Below are positions 8,160 through 17,451 of a stretch of 64,000 bases of DNA, in pieces (position 1 is the first letter of the stretch; each line of letters starts with the position of its first letter). A program made the translations under genes and the position numbers. This DNA is from Patescibacteria group bacterium (lineage in GTDB: Bacteria > Patescibacteriota > Patescibacteriia > Patescibacteriales > UBA12465). The notes below the pieces were generated by a model. The model had not been told where the DNA came from, searched no databases, and worked only from the letters and a program-made list of their open reading frames with translations. The stretch spans positions 320,691 to 384,690 of the forward strand of contig JBAZTY010000001.1 of NCBI GenBank assembly GCA_041661685.1, read 5' to 3'.

Positions 8160-9449
8160 TTATTTTCCAGCGAATGGGAAACGCGCGTAAACGGCCTTCT
8201 TCCCTAATTCCGCTTCGATCTCCAGCAGACGGTTATATTTAGCCGTCCGCTCGCTGCGCGCCGGCGCGCCAGTCTTGATCTGGCCGGCGCCGAGAGCAAC
8301 AACAAGATCGGCGATAAAAGCGTCTTCAGTCTCGCCGCTGCGATGCGAAATGACTGACGTCATTTTATTCTGACGAGCTAATAAGATGGCGCTGACGGTC
8401 TCCGTTAAGGTGCCGATCTGATTAAGCTTAATCAAGATAGAATTAGAAGACTTATCCGCGATGCCCTTTTCCAATCTTTTCACGTTCGTTACGTAAAGAT
8501 CATCGCCGACGACCTGAACTAAATTCTTATTCGCGGCGGTAAATTCCTGAAATGACGCCCAATCGTCTTCCGCAAAGACGTCTTCGAAAGAATAAATCGG
8601 ATATTTAGTCTGCAAGTCGCTATAAAAATCAATCAATTCCGAGCCGCTCATGATCTTATTCTCTTTTTTCAAATTATAAGCTCCGTCCTTATAAAATTCG
8701 GTAGCGGCCGCATCAATACCGAAAACTACATCTTCGCCTACGGTATATCCAGCCGCGCGGACTGCGTCCGCCAAAATAATAAAAGTCTCCTCGTTGCTCG
8801 CGACCGCCGGAGCGAAACCGCCTTCGTCGCCGACTGTGATATTATAGCCGCGGTCCTTCAAGACTTTCTTAAGCGCTTGATATATTTCCGCGCAGATTCT
8901 GACCGCACCAGCGATAGTCTTCGCGCCAATCGGCAGAATCATATATTCTTGGATATCAGTCGCCCAATTCGCATGCTTGCCGCCGTTTAAGACATTCATC
9001 ATCGGCACCGGCATTTCATATTGGCCATTGAAGTCAGGATTCATCTTAGTCAAATATTCATATAAAGGAATATGCAAACCATTAGCGGCCGCGCGCGCTG
9101 TGGCCATTGAAACCGCCAGAATCGCGTTCGCGCCTAACTTCGCTTTATTCTCCGTGCCATCCAGCTTGATCATGATATTATCTATTTCCGCTTGATCTTC
9201 CGGGTTCAGGCCGATGAGCGCCGGCTTAATCTTAGTTTCGATATTCTTGACGGCTGTCAGGACGCCGAGGCCGTTATAGCGATTCTTGTCGCCATCGCGC
9301 AGTTCGACCGCTTCATAGCTGCCGGTCGACGCGCCGCTCGGCACCATCGCCGTTCCGGTCGCGCCATTATCCAAAATCACGGTCGCCGAAACAGTCGGAT
9401 TGCCGCGAGAGTCTAATATTTCTAAAGCCTTAATGTCTTTGATTTTCAT
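8160..9449 (-). CDS. eno: Enolase
   Basis: 429 aa. Full-length colinearity with bacterial enolases (ILDSRGNPTV, SGETEDAFIADL, IKTGAPARSERTAKYNRLLEIE). Confidence 0.97.
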   Translation of the reverse strand: MKIKDIKALEILDSRGNPTVSATVILDNGATGTAMVPSGASTGSYEAVELRDGDKNRYNGLGVLTAVKNIETKIKPALIGLNPEDQAEIDNIMIKLDGTENKAKLGANAILAVSMATARAAANGLHIPLYEYLTKMNPDFNGQYEMPVPMMNVLNGGKHANWATDIQEYMILPIGAKTIAGAVRICAEIYQALKKVLKDRGYNITVGDEGGFAPAVASNEETFIILADAVRAAGYTVGEDVVFGIDAAATEFYKDGAYNLKKENKIMSGSELIDFYSDLQTKYPIYSFEDVFAEDDWASFQEFTAANKNLVQVVGDDLYVTNVKRLEKGIADKSSNSILIKLNQIGTLTETVSAILLARQNKMTSVISHRSGETEDAFIADLVVALGAGQIKTGAPARSERTAKYNRLLEIEAELGKKAVYARFPFAGK

Positions 9450-9461
9450 ATTTTTATATGG

Positions 9462-10493
9462 TTAGCAGACGATACAATCACGATTAATATAGCGTTCGGT
9501 CCTGATAATCACTTTTTTCAGCATCTTGACAGCTTCTAAGCCATAATCGCCGACAGCAGTTTCGTCGGACAGCATGATGATGTCGCCGCCATCAAGCACG
9601 GCGTTAGCGATATCGGAAATTTCGGCGCGAGTCGGCGACTGATTCTTGATCATGGAAGTCATGACTTGAGTCGCGATGATGGCCGGCGTCTGATGCCAAT
9701 GAGCATGGCGGATAAGGTTCTTCTGGACTATCGGCAATTCCTCTATCGGCGTCTCAATACCGAGATCGCCGCGCGCAATCATGATGACATCGGAAGCGAT
9801 AATAATCTTATCGATATTTTTCAGCGCGATAGCGCGCTCAATCTTAGAGACAATCTTCACTTCCTTATGCTGGCCGATCAAACGGCGTAATTTCAAAACA
9901 TCGCTCGCGGTCTGGACGAAAGACAAGCCGACAAAATCAGTTCCGACTTTCAAGCCGAATTTCAAGTCTTGAATATCCTTCGGGGTCAAGCCGCCCTTCT
10001 TCATATTAGTATGCGGCACGTTGATGCCTTTGCGAGAACTGAGCAAGCCGCCATGCAAGACTTCAGCCTTAATGACTTTGCCCTTAACCTCTTTGACGAT
10101 TAATTCTATCTCGCCGTTGCAAAGATACAGCGGCTGAGTCTTCTTGATGTCGCGGCAGAGATCGGCATTATCAATCGGAATCACGCCACCCCTCTTATAA
10201 GGCAGCTTCGAATAAGTAAAATCATATTTCTCGCCGTCCCCCAGAACGATGCCGCCGTCTGGCATCTGGCCGACGCGGATGCGCGGACCCTGAAGGTCGA
10301 GCAATATCCTAATCTTGCGCTCGGATGTCTTATTGAAATCATCAATCAATTTCTTGATCCGCTTATACTGCTCATAGGTGGCATGAGAGAAATTTATGCG
10401 GATAATATCCACGCCAGCTTCAATCAGCGCTAAAAGCTTGTCCGGAGCTTCAGATTTCGGTCCGATAGTGGCGATAATTTTAGTCATCATCAT
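9462..10493 (-). CDS. pyk: Pyruvate kinase, short form lacking the C-terminal domain
   Basis: 343 aa. TKIIATIGP, IIRINFSHA, MIARGDLGIE and MLSDETAVGDY are present. The ORF ends shortly after the A-domain, and eno follows 12 nt downstream. Confidence 0.9.
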   Translation of the reverse strand: MMMTKIIATIGPKSEAPDKLLALIEAGVDIIRINFSHATYEQYKRIKKLIDDFNKTSERKIRILLDLQGPRIRVGQMPDGGIVLGDGEKYDFTYSKLPYKRGGVIPIDNADLCRDIKKTQPLYLCNGEIELIVKEVKGKVIKAEVLHGGLLSSRKGINVPHTNMKKGGLTPKDIQDLKFGLKVGTDFVGLSFVQTASDVLKLRRLIGQHKEVKIVSKIERAIALKNIDKIIIASDVIMIARGDLGIETPIEELPIVQKNLIRHAHWHQTPAIIATQVMTSMIKNQSPTRAEISDIANAVLDGGDIIMLSDETAVGDYGLEAVKMLKKVIIRTERYINRDCIVC

Positions 10494-10556
10494 AGCTTTA
10501 GAATTAATAATTACTAAAGTAGTATAAGGGAAAATTAAGGTTTTGCCAATGCCTCG

Positions 10557-11666
10557 CTACTTCTTATCCTTAATATTAAATAAATTAACGATAAACTCTT
10601 GATAAAATTCTAGGTTGTTTAGGCTAGCCAGCTTATGCCCGAGCGGCTCGTTTAATCGGAAGAGATGATGGAGATAGGCGCGAGAATTATGCTTCAACTC
10701 TGATAAGCGGCTGCTCTTATTAATCGGCTTAAAATCAACAGCAAATTTAGCGTTATTAATATTAGCATTCTCATATTTCGGAAACTTTTTCATAAAAAAT
10801 AATTTTCCATGCCGACCTTCGCGCGTCGGAATAACGCAATCAAACATATCCCAGCCCATCAAAGCGCAGCGATAAATATCTTCCGGCGTACCGATACCGA
10901 GCGCGAAACGCAAGGCCTCTTTCGGAATAAAATCAGCGGTCGCAGCCAAAACTTCGCCTAAGAACTTCCCTTCCTTATCGACCGGACGCGCGCCGAAGCC
11001 ATAGCCGTCAAAACCAATCTTCACTAATTCCTCGGCGCAATGCGCGCGCAGATCTATTTCCGCACCGCCTTGGATGACCGCGAACAAGAGCGGACGCTTA
11101 GCGCCGCTTAATTTTCTTTTCTTAACCTGTTTTTCAAATTCAATCTTACAGCGCTTCGCCCAAGCGATAGTGCGCTCGACCGCTTTTTCTAAATCCGGCC
11201 GAGAGAAATCATTCGGCGGACAATCATCCAGACAGACCATCATATCCGTACCGAGAGTAAATTGGATCTGAATAGATTTTTCCGGAGTAAGCTCATGTTT
11301 TGAGCCGTCGAGCGGCGAACGGAAAATAACCTTATCATCCGTGATCTGGCCCATTTGTTTATTCTTATGGATAAGCGAAAAGACCTGAAAGCCGCCGGAG
11401 TCCGACAAAAGCGGTCCGGACCAATTCATGAATTCATGAAGGCCGCCGGCACGCTCGATAATCTTTAAGCCAGGCTGGAGATAGAGATGAAAAGTATTGA
11501 CGACGAGCGCTTTCGTCCGCGTGCGCGCGACCGCCGCATTATCAGTCAGCTTGACGAAACCGCGCGTCGCATCCGGCATATAAAAAGGCGTGCTGAGAGA
11601 ACCATGAGCGGTCTTTAATATTCCCCGTCGCAAACCCGATTTTGCTGTCTTAGTTATTCTGAACAT
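10557..11666 (-). CDS. tgt: tRNA-guanine transglycosylase family protein (divergent)
   Basis: 369 aa, colinear with E. coli Tgt (TPFYMP, LLSDSGGFQVF, VIQGG, LGIGTPEDI, DMFDCVIPTR, SRAYLHHL). The Zn-ligand Cys/His residues are missing (see findings). Confidence 0.85.
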   Translation of the reverse strand: MFRITKTAKSGLRRGILKTAHGSLSTPFYMPDATRGFVKLTDNAAVARTRTKALVVNTFHLYLQPGLKIIERAGGLHEFMNWSGPLLSDSGGFQVFSLIHKNKQMGQITDDKVIFRSPLDGSKHELTPEKSIQIQFTLGTDMMVCLDDCPPNDFSRPDLEKAVERTIAWAKRCKIEFEKQVKKRKLSGAKRPLLFAVIQGGAEIDLRAHCAEELVKIGFDGYGFGARPVDKEGKFLGEVLAATADFIPKEALRFALGIGTPEDIYRCALMGWDMFDCVIPTREGRHGKLFFMKKFPKYENANINNAKFAVDFKPINKSSRLSELKHNSRAYLHHLFRLNEPLGHKLASLNNLEFYQEFIVNLFNIKDKK

Positions 11667-11684
11667 AATTTATTATTCTGTCGA

Positions 11685-13694
11685 TTATTCTACTCGCCCG
11701 GAATTATTCAAGCCGGCGATATCATCATCTTCTAACTTAGTGGTCTTGGGGCTAGTCTTCTTAACAATGGTCTCCTTGGTTTCCGTATCAGTCGCGCTGA
11801 CGGTCGCGCCCGGAGATAGTACTAATATCTTGTTACGGTCACTCTCTGACGGCGTCAGGCTGATGCCGAATTCCGCATCTACGCGATACACCGAAACCGG
11901 CAAGCGGCCGATTTCCCAAATCACTTGGCGCGTCGCATTGTCATAATAAATATTGCCGACATTAGTCGTATTATTATTATCCCAAACCACATAGCTCGGC
12001 AGAGCCAGAACCACGCGCGCATCAGTCAGCTCGTGAAGATTATTCTTCACTGTCCAGAAGACTTTAACGCTAGTTTTCTCTCCAACCTTGGGCGGCAAAG
12101 GGCCGGAACCAACCGGCATATTATCGCTGTTAAAATAAAGGATTGACTCGCTTAATGACAAGTCGCTATTGATCTTACTCGTAATAGTATTACTCTTATT
12201 CTCGTCATTCTTAACCGCCTTATTATTCATGCTGTATTGCCCATAAGAAATTACGGTCATATTCTTGCCCTGATCACTATCCTTAAAAGCGGACAGATTA
12301 AGGTTGAAATCGACTGTGCCTTCTTCGCCCGGCTTAATTTCCGCCAGTCCCGGAATCTCATTCTTAGTCCAGATAATCATATTATTCCTGATCTCGCCTT
12401 TCTTTTCATCGACGAGCGAATTCCAATTCAAGAAATCGCTATTCAGCGCGGCCATAATCACGACGTCCTTATAAGCAGCGCTGCCATGATTAGAATAAGT
12501 GAGAGAATAATTCAGCGGCTGGCCGAAAGTCAGAGCGCCGTCATTCTTCGAGCCGTTCAGAATCATGGTCAGATTTAAATCGCTCGAAACTAATTCCGGC
12601 TTAAAAGATTTTTCCCAAAAAACATAAGGCTCCCCGTTTTCTAATTTCTTTTCCAATCTCACCTTTATCTCTAAATTATCGGATTTCTGTTTAACCTTAT
12701 AGGCCAAAGGCACTTCTTGGCGGCCGGACGCTTGCAGGAGATTGCTGACCTGCCAGCTGGCGCCGCCAGCCTTAGAGACGATTATCTTAGTCGAAGTGCC
12801 GAGGGCGGCAGTAGACGATGCCGTAGTTGTCGCTTGACCATTCTCGGAAGTGACGACTGACGCGTTCGCTTCGACCGGGAGCATAAAAGAAATATTGAAA
12901 TCACCGAGATAATTATTTTGGACATCAGACAAAACGAGCGTAATCTCGTTGTCCTGATTAAGGAAAGCGGTATTGGAATAGCTCAGATCTACATTAAAAC
13001 CTAGACCATTAACGATAGTCGAGGCCGAAGCTTCTTTCTTGAATTGGCTAGATAAGGTCCCTGGATTATAACTCAGATAGCCGACGATAACGTTGGCGGA
13101 ATCCGGCTGATTAATGAGACGACCGGTGATAGTTAGCGAGTTAGTCGCTCCCGAATCCATATCAGGAATATCCCAACCGCCATTGCCGCTATTAGGAGCG
13201 ACAGAAGCGGAAGCAAAGACAAAATTCTCCGGGTATTTAATCTCTAAGCGCGCCTGCGACAAAATATATTTAGTCGGATTATGGTAAGTCACCTTATAAG
13301 AGAACTCTTCTCCGGCTAAAATATTTTCCGGTGCAGCGATTTTGAAATCCAAACCGTTCACGTCATTGCCGTTAGACAGCCAATAAGAGTAAGCGAAATA
13401 ACCAGCCGCGCCGATCAGGGCGAGGACCAGTAGCTTTCTTAATAACCTGACGAAGAAATTCGGGCGCTTCTTAATATTCATTTTCTTGACGTCGACATGC
13501 CCGCCTTTCTTGTCGCGATATATCTCTGAAAGATTGGAGTCTATCTCGGCTTCGCGCACTTCGCGGCCGACGACGCGTTCGAAAGTGGCCACTTCTTTTT
13601 CGGTCGGCACGGGCCGTTCCACGAATGAAGACAGGCTGGATGCCTCATCTCGGCCGACTTTCAGGATTCTTTTTATTTTTTTCTCTTCAGGCAT
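11685..13694 (-). CDS. Hypothetical single-pass membrane protein with a large extracytoplasmic beta-rich domain
   Basis: 669 aa. Charged N-terminus, one TM (LLVLALIGAAGYFAYSYWL), then long repeat-like Ig/DUF11-style segments (LTITGRL..., ITLVLSD..., LNYSLTYSNHG). No catalytic motif recognised. Confidence 0.75.
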   Translation of the reverse strand: MPEEKKIKRILKVGRDEASSLSSFVERPVPTEKEVATFERVVGREVREAEIDSNLSEIYRDKKGGHVDVKKMNIKKRPNFFVRLLRKLLVLALIGAAGYFAYSYWLSNGNDVNGLDFKIAAPENILAGEEFSYKVTYHNPTKYILSQARLEIKYPENFVFASASVAPNSGNGGWDIPDMDSGATNSLTITGRLINQPDSANVIVGYLSYNPGTLSSQFKKEASASTIVNGLGFNVDLSYSNTAFLNQDNEITLVLSDVQNNYLGDFNISFMLPVEANASVVTSENGQATTTASSTAALGTSTKIIVSKAGGASWQVSNLLQASGRQEVPLAYKVKQKSDNLEIKVRLEKKLENGEPYVFWEKSFKPELVSSDLNLTMILNGSKNDGALTFGQPLNYSLTYSNHGSAAYKDVVIMAALNSDFLNWNSLVDEKKGEIRNNMIIWTKNEIPGLAEIKPGEEGTVDFNLNLSAFKDSDQGKNMTVISYGQYSMNNKAVKNDENKSNTITSKINSDLSLSESILYFNSDNMPVGSGPLPPKVGEKTSVKVFWTVKNNLHELTDARVVLALPSYVVWDNNNTTNVGNIYYDNATRQVIWEIGRLPVSVYRVDAEFGISLTPSESDRNKILVLSPGATVSATDTETKETIVKKTSPKTTKLEDDDIAGLNNSGRVE

Positions 13695-13711
13695 ACTATA
13701 TAAATTAAGAT

Positions 13712-16249
13712 TTATTTATTTATTTCTAAAAGGAGAGAGTAATACTTATCAGCATCAAGGGACGCATTTATTTCCCAGCCGCTGCTGCCGGCCAAGTTTT
13801 CCGGAAAACGCCAGAAAACCGTCAGATTTTCCGGCAAGCGCAAATGGCTCGTAAATTCGCTCGGACGCGATCCCGGCTGCTTCTGAACCAAAAGCGAATA
13901 AGGCAGCAAATCGGGCGTATCTGTGTTTAACCAATCATTCAAGCGTTTCAACCAGCTATTATCGACTTCTTTGCTAAAAATATTAAAAGGCAGGCGATAC
14001 CTTATCACTACAGTCGCCGTCTGCCCCGGATCGACCATCAGCCAATTCGCGAAGACGGTCTTGCCGCTCTCTTCATATATCTTTACGCCGGTCGCGCTAT
14101 CAGTCTTCGCCGCCGCTTCCGCGGCTAATAAAGGATTCTTTTCCCAATCCGCTTCCGGCTTCTCCTGCAGATATTTCGCTTCTGGAGAGACGAAGCCGCT
14201 CGCCGTCATCAGTTCGCTGCCTTGCGGCACATAGACGCGCAGCCAATCGACGTTGCGCACGCCGGTGAGCGCCTCATTCTTCAAGCCGGTATGCGTCCGT
14301 GTAATCGTTACGGTATTAATAAGGCCGCCGTCGCTACCGACTTCGCTAGCGAGATCTATCTTTTCGCTCATTAATCGATCGGATTTCTGACCGGCGATAT
14401 TCGTATTGACGACCATTAAATAGTCCTTATCAGTCGGACGCACCGCTCCAGCCCAATTGCGATTCGCGAACTCGGCTTGCAGCGCCGAATCGTTGAAATA
14501 GAATAAAATCTGCTTTTCAGCCATGTCCTCTTCGAAGACAGTAATTATCTTAACCAGATTCTCCCGATTCAATTTCTGTGGCAAAATTTCCAATATCTTT
14601 GCCATAAGATCGCCGATGATTTTCTTCGGCTTATTATCAATGTTATTTTCCAAATCCTGTTCTAAGGGCAGGCCGGATTTTATAACTGTCGAAGTTGCGG
14701 GAATATCAATTATAGCCTCCGGATGAGTCTTAGCCAGATTCTTCTGCTCCGTAATCTTCTGGACGGTTTCCCAAAAATTATTCGCGTCTATCGTCAGGCC
14801 GTATTCTTTTTGCAAATCAATCGGACCAGTGATTTCCAACAAGCGCTCAACAACTGTCGGCGTCACGCCAATAACGCCGTCAACGCTTGGTCCGCCGCTC
14901 TTTTCATAAAACCAAGTAAGATTCTTCGCCGTTGTCGGCCAATCTGGCCACCAATTCGCGTCCCAAAAATGCCAGAGGGGATTAACTAGCCAAAGCGGCT
15001 CCGGCGCGACCACCCTGACTTTCATGCCGCCTTCGGTATCATAAGAACCGCCGCCCGGAACTTCGAGATTGCTGATCCGGCCGCCCTTGATATCGACGAG
15101 CGCGTAGCTGCCCAAGAAGCCGCCGCTCGCGCGCATCTCCGCGTTATTCTGAAAGACTAATAAATATCGCTTATCGCGGCTAAGTCCCAAGACTTCCTTG
15201 AGCTTGGCTCCGGCGGAGACGAAATTATCAAGATTGTTAGACAATAATCCGGCCTGCTGGCTCAAAGATTCGAACTTAGCCCGATAAGCTTCCGGCAGAT
15301 TATCCGGATTTATCTTAGCTATCGTTTTTTTCAAAGACTTAGCGTCGGTTACGGCCAGATTGCCGTAGGCTAAAAAATTATCCAGAGAAACGCTGAAATT
15401 TTTCTGGTTGCCGCTGAATAAGCTGTCCGTCGCAAGCACGAGATTCCTTCCTAAAGAAGCGGCTGATGCGCCGGCTGCTAAAAATTTCTTGCTCTCGGCG
15501 GCTAATTTTATCTTGGGGTCGCTAGAAAAAGAAGCGAGAACCAAAATAGAATCATTGATCTTATTTAAATCATTCTGCGCTTCCAGGAAATTAGCGCCGG
15601 CCGCTTGGAAATCAGTGTCTGCTCCCTTCAGATCCATCCTGGAAACGGAATCAGCGGCCGCCATCAAGCTATTCACGGCCGACTCAGAACGGCTGATTAT
15701 TTTCTTCTCTAAATTTTTAAAATTAAGAATATCAAACGCGGATAATATTTTAAAAGGTAAAATAATAATAAAGAGGATTAAGGAAAAATATAAGACAGAA
15801 CGATGCCAGGCCGCCGGGACTTCCGTTTCATTAATCTTCTTCCCTTCTTTATGGGCGCGACCGCTCTTCAAACGAGAAGAACTTTGAAGGCGCGATATTT
15901 TAAGGCGCAAAGCTTTCTGCCAAGCCGCCTCGCGCGCTTGAAGCTCCGTAACCCAGACCGGACCCTTTTTCTTAAAAAAACGTAAATGAGAAATAATATC
16001 CTTCAGATCAAGAACCGGACGATGCTTATGGCTAGGGGTTAATAAATCGGGAAGCGTCTTAAATTTTTTCTTGACTATTTTCATTTCTTTCTTGAGTATC
16101 TCAATCCCTCGGCCGACCTCGATTTTAACCTCCCGTTTCAATTCAGCTTCCGCTTTTTTCTCTACCTGGCGCAAGTCTACGACAAAATTAGAGAAACGTT
16201 CTCTATCTAAATTCTGATTATTCGCTTGTATCTTCTGACTATTAGCCAT
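13712..16249 (-). CDS. DUF4012 domain-containing membrane protein
   Basis: 845 aa. Basic N-terminus, a TM (VLYFSLILFIIILPF), and the characteristic DUF4012 core RYLLVFQNNAEMRASGGFLGSYALVDIKGGRISNLEVPGGGSYD. Confidence 0.8.
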   Translation of the reverse strand: MANSQKIQANNQNLDRERFSNFVVDLRQVEKKAEAELKREVKIEVGRGIEILKKEMKIVKKKFKTLPDLLTPSHKHRPVLDLKDIISHLRFFKKKGPVWVTELQAREAAWQKALRLKISRLQSSSRLKSGRAHKEGKKINETEVPAAWHRSVLYFSLILFIIILPFKILSAFDILNFKNLEKKIISRSESAVNSLMAAADSVSRMDLKGADTDFQAAGANFLEAQNDLNKINDSILVLASFSSDPKIKLAAESKKFLAAGASAASLGRNLVLATDSLFSGNQKNFSVSLDNFLAYGNLAVTDAKSLKKTIAKINPDNLPEAYRAKFESLSQQAGLLSNNLDNFVSAGAKLKEVLGLSRDKRYLLVFQNNAEMRASGGFLGSYALVDIKGGRISNLEVPGGGSYDTEGGMKVRVVAPEPLWLVNPLWHFWDANWWPDWPTTAKNLTWFYEKSGGPSVDGVIGVTPTVVERLLEITGPIDLQKEYGLTIDANNFWETVQKITEQKNLAKTHPEAIIDIPATSTVIKSGLPLEQDLENNIDNKPKKIIGDLMAKILEILPQKLNRENLVKIITVFEEDMAEKQILFYFNDSALQAEFANRNWAGAVRPTDKDYLMVVNTNIAGQKSDRLMSEKIDLASEVGSDGGLINTVTITRTHTGLKNEALTGVRNVDWLRVYVPQGSELMTASGFVSPEAKYLQEKPEADWEKNPLLAAEAAAKTDSATGVKIYEESGKTVFANWLMVDPGQTATVVIRYRLPFNIFSKEVDNSWLKRLNDWLNTDTPDLLPYSLLVQKQPGSRPSEFTSHLRLPENLTVFWRFPENLAGSSGWEINASLDADKYYSLLLEINK

Positions 16250-16258
16250 TGGGAACTT

Positions 16259-17440
16259 TTATTTTTTCAAAGCTTCTCGATAAACTTCCAAGGTCTCGCG
16301 AGCGCACTCCCACCAATTATATTTCTTAGCCTGTTTCAGCCCTTGCTCGATTAGGTTGACGCGCAATCCTTCGTCAGTCAGTACTTCTCTAATTTTCTGA
16401 ATCATATCGACTTCATCTTCCGGGTTAAAATAGGCGGCAGCAACTCCGAGAATCTCCGGAAGCGAAGCTCGATCGGAACTGATAACCGGACAGCCTTTAG
16501 CCATTGCCTCCAGAGGCGGCAGTCCGAAGCCCTCATAAAGCGAGGGGAAGACGTAAGCACGCGCTTCCGCATATAATATTTCTAATTGCGCGTCCGGAAC
16601 ATAACCGGGAAATATCACCGGACTATTAATATTCCCTTTCTGCCACAAATTCAGGATTCGTGCCGTTTCCCTGACCCGTTCATAAAAATAATCCAGCTTC
16701 CCGACCAAGACCAAGCGCAAGTCCGGATGTTCGGCATATAGACGGCTGAAGACTTTAAGTAATATTTCTAGATTCTTATGCGGATAAGCGTTGCCGACAT
16801 AAAGCAAAAAATTCTGCGGAATATGATATTGCGCTAAAATCTCTCGGCTATCAAGCTTAGAGACGAATAAAGAATCGCGTCCTTTAGCTAAATTGGCTAC
16901 TCCTTCATAAGTGACGGCTACCTTGCCCGGCCTGACTCCGAACTTATCGACGATATCTTTCTTAGTAAATTCGGAAACCGTAATGATTTTACGGGCGCGG
17001 CTGAGCGCCGCGAAAATAACGAGGCGATAAGCGAAATTCTTGAGATAATATAAAAAGTGGCTGCGCGTCGTCGCCCGAACGGTCGGAAAATGAGTCAAGA
17101 TCAAATCATGGATAGTGACGACGAATTTCCCCGGCGTAAATATCGGCACATTAAAATGAGGGAAATGGATGAGATCCAGCTTCTCCCGCCAAAGATAGAA
17201 CGGCATCAAGAGCTGCTCTTTCCAGCCATACCAAGGACAGTCCAGCTTAACCTTTCTCACGCCCGAACGCTCGGCGTCGAATTCATCAAAGTTTCCCGGG
17301 CTCAAAAAAATCACATATTCAAAAGCTTCGCCTTCCGCGGCGTTCGTTATCTTGATAATATTATCAACCACTTCCTGCGTATAGCGGCCCAAACCTTTTC
17401 CTATCGGGCCATAGAAGCGGGCGTCAATGCCTATTTTCAT
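16259..17440 (-). CDS. Glycosyltransferase family 4 (GT-B)
   Basis: 393 aa. C-terminal GT4 signature FPSLYEGFGLPPLEAMAKGCPVISSDRASLPEI. Confidence 0.88.
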   Translation of the reverse strand: MKIGIDARFYGPIGKGLGRYTQEVVDNIIKITNAAEGEAFEYVIFLSPGNFDEFDAERSGVRKVKLDCPWYGWKEQLLMPFYLWREKLDLIHFPHFNVPIFTPGKFVVTIHDLILTHFPTVRATTRSHFLYYLKNFAYRLVIFAALSRARKIITVSEFTKKDIVDKFGVRPGKVAVTYEGVANLAKGRDSLFVSKLDSREILAQYHIPQNFLLYVGNAYPHKNLEILLKVFSRLYAEHPDLRLVLVGKLDYFYERVRETARILNLWQKGNINSPVIFPGYVPDAQLEILYAEARAYVFPSLYEGFGLPPLEAMAKGCPVISSDRASLPEILGVAAAYFNPEDEVDMIQKIREVLTDEGLRVNLIEQGLKQAKKYNWWECARETLEVYREALKK

Positions 17441-17451
17441 GGAGGTTAGAA

